Shown here: in pieces, positions 9,992-16,584 of the stretch
Layout: each line of letters starts with the position of its first letter
Position numbering within the stretch: position 1 is the first letter of the stretch
Assembly: GCA_043228905.1 (NCBI GenBank)
Contig: JBHGNT010000735.1
Span: 1-16,584, forward strand
Length of the DNA: 16,584 nt
Reading direction: 5' to 3'
DNA from: Azolla caroliniana
Lineage: Eukaryota; Plantae; Polypodiophyta
Made by a program: the position numbers and the translations under genes
The notes under the pieces: generated by a model
What the model was told of the DNA's origin: nothing
What the model saw: only the letters and a program-made list of their open reading frames with translations
The model's database searches: none

Positions 9992-10287
9992 ACTCTCACC
10001 CCAACTGTGATTCAACACTTAGTATGGAGGGATGATAAGTATATAAGGAATAGTTACTACTACTAACATTAAGAACTTAGTTCTTTAGTGTTTAATCTAA
10101 GCATTTACCTTAAGTACCTTTAACTATTTATTACTCTTAATAAATAAGACTAATACGTCTTTATAACTATCTTCAATTAATTGTCGCACTGTTTAAACAA
10201 TTACCTATGGCTATAATACTAAGTTATTGCCTAACTTACAAGATTAGAAACCTATAACACTTACCACGGTAAGATCGGTTATAACAG

Positions 10288-10693
10288 TGTGAGGAACCAA
10301 CAACACCCCCTACAGACCAATTGTCGATATTCGTCTTGTCCTCCAAGGGTGAGGATTTCCCTTGAAAAGAGAGTGAACCCGTCGAATGGGTTCAGGTTGT
10401 ATATGGTGAGTGTAAGTTGTAAAAGTAATAGTGGGAGGCAAAGTAATAGAGTATTCACTTGATCAAGTAATAAAAGTAATAGCAAAGTAATTTTGATGTG
10501 TCTAACGCCTTCGTCGCAATATCTGTAGTGGTCACAGTTGGGGTGGACGAGAGTGTTGAAGGAGAGCGTGTTTTTTTTTTGTCTAAGATGGACGTATCAA
10601 ACTATGGAATATATAACCTGTAACCCCTGTTCAAGTGAATGAGCGTTGTCTGACAGCCCCAGGACCAATGGGTGGCTGTTATTTGGCCTCACA
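10288..10693 (-). mobile_element. Solo LTR (406 bp), family A copy 2, inverted, with 4-bp target-site duplication (TSD) ACAG
   Basis: TGTGAGG...CCTCACA ends. ACAG at 10284-10287 and 10694-10697. Differs from copy 1 by 6 transitions and a 26-bp AAGTAAT-repeat expansion. Confidence 0.85.
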
Positions 10694-10950
10694 ACAGTTT
10701 ACTCCCTTTTCAGAAAGGAATCCTTACCTTTTAAGGACAAGACGAATATCGACAATTGATCTGTAGGGGGTGGTTGTTAGTTCCTCACACTAGTATATTA
10801 TAATTCTTCTTAAATACGCTAGTTTTTACTTATAGACTAGAATAATAGCTAAAGCGTATACTTGAACCTTGTATTAATATTCTAAAATTACGTGCGTACA
10901 ATTTAACACTGCGTTAATACTTATATAGTTTTCCTAGGTGTTATCACAAC

Positions 10951-11346
10951 TGTCACAAGCAGCTCCTAACGAACCTAAGGTCTAAACAACCTACCTAGGA
11001 GCTTAGCCCGATAGTCCGTGCCCTTACTAGTATCTTAGGAGAACTCCTCCCAGCGTCCTAATTAGTAGATATTGAAACGCATTTAGTGCACTTACTGCCT
11101 ATTGTATCCTAAACATTACTTAGTGAATATATATTAAATATTACGTTCTCTTCTAGGAAGTGAAGGTAAGCTCGTCGCAGGGTTCTCCGTGGGTATTCGT
11201 TGAGGGTGTAATCCCGCTTCGGTCGGTATCCTCCAGCAAGGACGCGTGCATATCTGAGTCAATCTTATCTCATACCGTATGATCCAGATTATCGGTGACC
11301 TTCTGCGACCCACTACAGCACCCGAAAACGGGCTCGCCAAGTGACA
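10951..11346. mobile_element. Possible solo LTR of a second family (~396 bp)
   Basis: Ends TGTCAC...GTGACA. Flanks CAAC/CAAT (one transition apart) are compatible with a mutated 4-bp TSD. Interior is TA-rich. Confidence 0.4.
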
Positions 11347-12020
11347 CAATCTTTCGTAGTAATCTTGTCACAAGCTCGTAACACCCCAGTTCTGGAGGCA
11401 TGTGCCTCCAAGTCCCGCATCTAGATACTCCAATTACGGGTGGCCTTGAGCTCAATATTACCGTTTAAAACGGCCGTTATCACAGGTAGGTGGATCTTCT
11501 AGCAGCTACGTACCCACCTCTGTGGTAAGGTACTTTAGAGGGGTGCGCTCAAATCGCTTTCATACCCTGGTCAAAGTGCCACCCCCCCCCCCCCTAAGTT
11601 CGCCCTTAAATTAATGCTTGATGTCACGACGTCCTTTAGGATTAGAAAATGCGGATACGTAATTCTCTCCTCTGTTACCCTTAAGTTAATACCTAATATC
11701 TCAACACCTCGCTGTAATGGCAGAGTCCCTTTGTCTGATCTTACTTTAAGGCGGGTGACTTATTGTACGCCAGACTTTCTGTAGATCTCGGTCTCCGCCG
11801 TGCTTGGTGCTCTGCAATTCGCCACTAGTTGAGTGTACATCACGTATAGCCCACGTTAATAAAGCTGTGCATACTTCGCGAGGGTTCTGTATTATCGTTG
11901 CTAAGTTAAGAGTGACATTAAACTTTGCGACTTTTAGCGGACACGACGATCCGGCGGCCAGTCTAACATGCCATCCTATACCTGCCGCTGCATTATGCCC
12001 CGAAAACGACCCTGCAGTCT

Positions 12021-13626
12021 TTACTTCGACAAATGTGACGTATCTTCACTGCTTGCCGGTGAATTGTTCAGTGATAATTCTAGGGCTAAATACTCCGTTG
12101 AAAGGCTCCCAGTTGTTGTCAACGAGGGTCCAAACGTGGAATCCAAATTCGTTGGTCGCCGAGGAAGCCCGAGTCTTGTTTCAAGGTCACGTGCAGTAGT
12201 ATTCTCAAGATGTCGACTAAACTCCCAAAGCATGACCTTGTGCTTCTTTCGCACCGTGGAAGAGCAGGGGGCGAGCATCCAAGTCGGATATATCTTCTGA
12301 TGGGTAGCGGAGACGCTGATGGCGAGCGGATGGCGGGATATGAACTCGTGGCAGAGGTAACATGCCTTCTTGCTGGTCCCTATATAAAGCGGGCGGGGTG
12401 TGAGCTCGGGCTTGTGGTCATACAAGCTGAGGAGCTGCATCTCGGCGTGCACCGTAAGTTTCAGACGACATGCTTTACGGAGTCGAGATTCAGGGTCATC
12501 GGTCAGCCATGTTTGGCCCAGCTGTTCCAGAATTTTGTCCGTGTTCCCCGTCGTGATTCTTTTCAACGCCGTCAAGAGAGGTGTTTTCTCGTCTCCGAGC
12601 GAGAACTTTTCTTGCTGGGGAGCCTGAACTGCTTCAATTCGGATGCTAGCGAATAGATGAGGCTGCTTGACAGCCAGCTTGATCATGGCCTTTGTTGCTA
12701 CATAGTACCGGCCAAGCTTGTATATGTTCTTCACCCAACAGGGAAGCTCCTGTTCTGGTCCGAGAAAGGTTTCGAGTTGTTCAGAGTAGGCCCACCTAGC
12801 TTCTGATGCCCATTTGATATGGGATACGAGCTCAGAAGGGTCTGATTGCGGATCAATAGATGCTAATAAAGGGAGATTACGCACCCATTGCCTGAAGTTG
12901 GCTGCCCCCGCGTCTTCGAAGCCTGGTTCATCTCTTTCCATCCTGCGAACAGCATCAACGATAGCGCCATACACATCTGGATGACGGAGTCCCTCTAAAA
13001 GAGACCAGATTCTGTCGGAACAAAGAGCTGTCACTCTTCGCAATAGCTGAGGCTCTAGGCGTTTCGGAGTAATTTCTATGGGAACAGCGAGTTTAAGTAA
13101 GCTTCGACCTTCATTATTGGATGATCACCCCATGTGTGACAATGCCTCTCAAAGATGCCGCGGTCAGTTCGTCAAGGACCTGATCTAGCTGTCGCACAAG
13201 CTCGTTGGGGACTCCGACATTCCGCGCAAGTCGCATGACAGCCCCGCCTGGCTGACCCTGTTCCAGACAGACGGCTGAGGCCGTCTCACCGCCGATTCTT
13301 GATGTTGAAGATATCAAGGCGAAAGAGTCAAGAAACTTTTTCTGGAGCTGTTCGTGCCTCCAGGTGTCGTCATGTGGATGCCTGTCGAGGCTGTGAGTGG
13401 TTGGTTCACCACGGACAGGGTCGATCAGATGAAGCAGAACCGTGTTGATGACGAATCGCTTGAGAGCAACACCCGAGAGACTAGCTGGTCTCACTTGATC
13501 AGATGTTTGAGACGGCATAATGTTGATGTCTTCTTCTGTAGAGAACGCCTCCATGAGACAACTGAGCTTTTGTGTCAAGTTTGACACTCTTGCTCAAGTT
13601 CCCACATACGAAGGATTGCGACTCAT
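12021..13626 (-). CDS. OTT_1508-like nucleic-acid deaminase, copy 2 (old-like); predicted exons 13626-13610, 13561-13146 and 13075-12021, ~495 aa
   Basis: VHAEMQLL (HAE at 12449-12441), YIGTSKKACYLC and THQKIYPTW. The N-terminal ORF (FVINTVLL..RGEPT..KKFLDSFALISSTS..ETASAVCLEQ) matches copy 1. Intron 13609-13562 (GTATGT..CAG) keeps the frame from ATG 13626. Intron 13145-13076 has a GC donor and a TAG acceptor. The start could instead be ATG 13554. Confidence 0.85.
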
Positions 13627-14036
13627 GTGAATATTTCCTGTGCCTGCAAACGGGAAAGGTGAAAATCGCGTTCAAGTCTAGCCTGCTTTATGATAAGCCT
13701 AATAATAGCACGCCTTATTTGGTTACGTTATGCACTAGCTTCCTGTAGGAGGCCCGGCATCTTTGATTGGCTCAATATCATGTGTTCCAGATGAGGCCTC
13801 TGTCGCAGCAAATCACTTGCCAAGAAAGAAATGATTTACGCCCCATGATAGCTGGCCACCTACGTGTCACGTGTGCATGTCGCACACACATAATCTGGGC
13901 AGAATCTCTCGTACCTACCATATACTTATCATCAGTTCTTCTCAGCTTGTCTCATGCGTGATCCTCACCTAGAGGTAGACGAATTTCAAGTTGTCGTGGC
14001 TACCTCCTTGGCAGCGAGCAGTTACAAGTCGCTCAG
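13627..14036. promoter_or_regulatory. Divergent promoter region of module 2 (deaminase / zinc finger)
   Basis: 410 bp between head-to-head predicted starts. GATTGG at ~13765, CTTGCCAAG at 13816, AGCTGGCCAC at 13850. Confidence 0.55.
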
Positions 14037-14894
14037 ATGACATGGCCACATTGCGAAGCATTTCGCCCCGGATCAGAGAATCCGCTTCTCTATGACGGTT
14101 CCTTTCACGCGAGGGCGAGCCCCCTTTCGAACAGACTTCTCTTTCGCAGCACATTCCAGCAACGCACTGATATAGTCGCGGACTATATTTCGCGAGACAT
14201 CCCCACGATCGATCCAGCGCTCTTAGACCACTCCGCACCATCTCCGACCGGTCGTGAACTCCAATCACCCTCCCGACATGCTTGAGCTGTCTGTGAGTTG
14301 CCACTGCTTCATCAAAGGGCTGTGCTCGATGGTGAGAAAGCAGAGCAGACGATGATTGAGATACGTCCGAACTGGGGGTTTCTCCAACCAACGCTAGAGA
14401 CCAGCTATCCAGCTGCTATTCGGCATGCTCGAACCACGAGGCAAAGAACTCGGCTCCGGTGCAATTGGAACAAGTGCTGGTTCACGGCCTCTAGCTTGGA
14501 CGAGATGCGGTACGTAGGTTTTCTTGATGTGGTTCTATTCGCGAGTGGCCTGCCATGCTGAATGGCAAGGTCACGTCCTACATTAGAGATAGATTTCCTT
14601 CGGCCGGTGACTTTGACTGACTTCGGCAGCGAGCATGCTCTTCGCCACACAAGTTGCCCAGCTGGAAGTTGCCCATCGGTATTGGAGGATCAAAAGGAGA
14701 AAGCGAGGCATGTTTGGAAAATGCACAGGAAATGGGCAATGCGAACAGACTATCCTCCCATTGGAGGCAAGTGTGATCTCTGTGGAAAAGAATACGCTCG
14801 AGGTGACTATGTCGTTCGTCATAAGAAGAAAATGCATAAGTCTTGGAGTAAAACAAAGAAGAGATTTCTTAATCACAAATACTACAAAATATGA
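14037..14894 (+). CDS. 3xC2H2 zinc-finger protein, copy 2 (zao-like), with in-frame premature TGA at 14283-14285; exons 14037-14509 and 14630-14894; 245 aa if recoded, 82 aa if terminated
   Basis: ORFs 14037-14285, 14298-14561 and 14562-14894 share one frame. RLRCNWNKCWFTASSLDEMR is followed by a phase-2 intron 14510-14629 (GTACGT..ACTGAC..CAG), then EHALRHTSCPAGSCP..DQKEKARHVWKMHRKW..YPP..CDLCGKEYARGDYVVRHKKKMH. The intron position is the same as in copy 1. Internal ATG at 14352. Confidence 0.85.
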
Positions 14895-16309
14895 TCTTCA
14901 TGCTAGTCCTGGAAAATCCGAGTCATCAGGCCATGATGCTTCGGCCTCCGTCCTGAAACCCACGTTTCCGAATTCTTACGTTCAAAACGCTATTACCTAG
15001 TCTCACCAGTTCAATGCCTCTCTAAGTAGATTTGCGCGATGTGGCCCGAGTTTTGATGCCTATGATAGCGCTTGGGGCAAACATCAATGGAGGATTCTTA
15101 GGATCGAAAAGAAGACGTTTGAACATCATAGGATTGAGAGCAAATTCGACGTCAAAGTGTAGCGGCTTCATCGCCATGAAAAGCTCTTTTCGGTCTTCTA
15201 TATGATTGGCTCTTTAGCTACATATTTTTCATTCTCACTCCACCGCCCCATGCACCTCCCATTTGTGTTGCATGCGTCGTAAGGTGCCATGTGTGATATG
15301 TCACCGTCATACAAAGAAGGAATGAGACGCAGGAAGATAATGCAGCGACTTTCGTAACCATTTCGTGCAAACTAGAGCGAATATCCGCGCCAACCAGAGA
15401 CTGACATTGTGCTCAGCGAAGCTAGGCAGCATCTGGTGCACAACACAGACGTAAAGATAGGTATCATTAGGGGAGGGTCATATTCAATCCCCCAGAGGGT
15501 TTCTGTCGCTTTTGAGAGTTCTCAGTTTCTTATAGTTCGAAAATGGGGATCACTGAAATGTGCTTGTCTCTCAAACTCAAAACCAATATATCCAGACTAG
15601 ATAGATGTGGAAAGTATATGACGGCCTGTGGTCGAACTGCATACCAAGAAATCTTGCCTCCTCCTTAATTTCGGCTACAGTCAACATCAAGAGTTGAAAT
15701 GCAGCTAGGAATCAGAATAGGGCAGCATCGCATATGATGAAGACCTGGAACACCGCAACACGGGTCAAAATGACCAACTTTACGTTTGCAAAGTTGTAGC
15801 AAGCCCCCAAATAACATCGTGGGGTCCCATGAGATGCAGGACGTGTCCATATTCGATTCGCCATGAGAGCAAGCGTGCCTAAGGAGCAGCTACATCATGC
15901 GGAAGAGAAAGATTCGTCACCAATACTCATTATACTGATGCTTGAGCTCTGGTAGCCTTACACCTGCAGTCTTGCAATCAGGTGCCGGGCCTCCTACAGG
16001 AAGCTAATGCATAACGTGACTAATAAGAAGTGCCGCCGCTCTTGATCTTAACATGAAGCAAACTAGATTAAGGCTGTTTTAGCCTCTCCCTTACTTGCCG
16101 TCTTAGATGTCAGACCCAACGAGACCAGCCAGGCTTTCCGTCCTTGCTCTCAAGTAATCAAACACGGTTCTGCTTTAGCCCCGCTTCTTGGAATGGCGAT
16201 CTGATAGGACCAGGCTAGTGCAGGGTAAAACTTGCGTCATCATGCGGGATGCCCACCATACCCACTTCAGTGTGTGAAGTGGCTGGCCGTTTTGAAACCA
16301 CTCCACAGT

Positions 16310-16584
16310 TTTGGTGATCCGCTGGTCTCTACAGTGGGCACATCAAGCAAGAAGCTAAGAGTGCACTCAACCTTCATCAAACTCGCCTCCCCTGTCTTCA
16401 GAGCAATGCTCCGACCTGACTTCAAGGAAGGAACTCAGTTTCATCAGTCCGGCTCGGCTGATCTGTTGCTCCCAGAGGATAATGCTCTGGCTATGGAGAT
16501 TATCCTCAATGTCATCCATGGCCGTAACAACAAGGTGCCGGAGAACCTTCCACCTGAGGACCTGCTACAAGTGGCAATCGTCAT
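16310..16584 (+). CDS. BTB/POZ-domain protein, partial (start not resolved, runs off the window)
   Basis: Open frame GDPLVSTVGTSSKKLRVHSTFIKLASPVFRAMLRPDFKEG..LLLPEDNALAMEIILNVIHGRNNKVP..LLQVAIV fits the fungal BTB pattern (LASPVFxAML, FxEG, LPED, I/LxH). No in-frame ATG lies upstream before the TAA at 16226, so an upstream exon is implied. Confidence 0.8.

Larger units (their letters stand above)
9840..10789 (+). mobile_element. Older related LTR interrupted by the inverted solo LTR
   Basis: The 3' piece 10698-10789 (AGGACAAGACGAATATCGACAATTGATCTGTAGGGGG..TTCCTCACA) matches the 3' end of family A. The 5' piece starts TATGAGG (a RIP-type variant of TGTGAGG) and shares GTCAGAC and CACCCCAACTGTGA with family A. 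The 5' boundary is uncertain. Confidence 0.55.
9270..11950. repeat. Transposon-relic block, largely RIP-mutated, separating the two deaminase/zinc-finger modules
   Basis: TpA-rich, stop-rich stretches (about 9270-9760, 10020-10280, 10790-11140 and 11460-11950) interleaved with LTR-like pieces. Confidence 0.7.

Noticed and set aside
647-10693. A single DNA transposon with ~380-bp terminal inverted repeats
   Set aside because: Each copy has its own TG..CA ends, copy 2 has its own TSD, the outer flanks (CTAT/ACAG) differ, and no transposase is present.
11582-11594. C13 homopolymer
   Set aside because: Simple repeat in TE-relic DNA with no evidence of function.
15000-16200. Small ORFs between zinc-finger gene 2 and the BTB gene
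   Set aside because: About 60 aa each, with no family signature.

Overview
Filamentous-ascomycete DNA: short spliceosomal introns, plus AT-rich tracts with the signature of RIP (repeat-induced point mutation). The window looks like a fungal antiviral/defence island in a transposon-rich region. It holds an Mx/dynamin-family GTPase (-, 2140-4491) and two diverged copies of a head-to-head module, each an OTT_1508-like Zn-dependent deaminase (-) paired with a 3xC2H2 zinc-finger gene (+): module 1 at 5021-7630 and module 2 at 12021-14894. The ORF track fragments the finger genes, so I reassembled them by hand. Each has one in-frame TGA (7093 and 14283), exactly 19 codons after a shared TIDPALL motif and in the loop of a small predicted hairpin. 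A-to-I editing (UGA to UGG) would restore the full-length protein. From memory, this matches the old/zao (deaminase plus adjacent zinc finger) antiviral RNA-editing switch reported in Neurospora; orthology is not established here. Around these genes are RIP-mutated tracts, two inverted near-identical solo LTRs (647-1026, 10288-10693), nested LTR relics and the 5' part of a BTB/POZ gene at the right edge.
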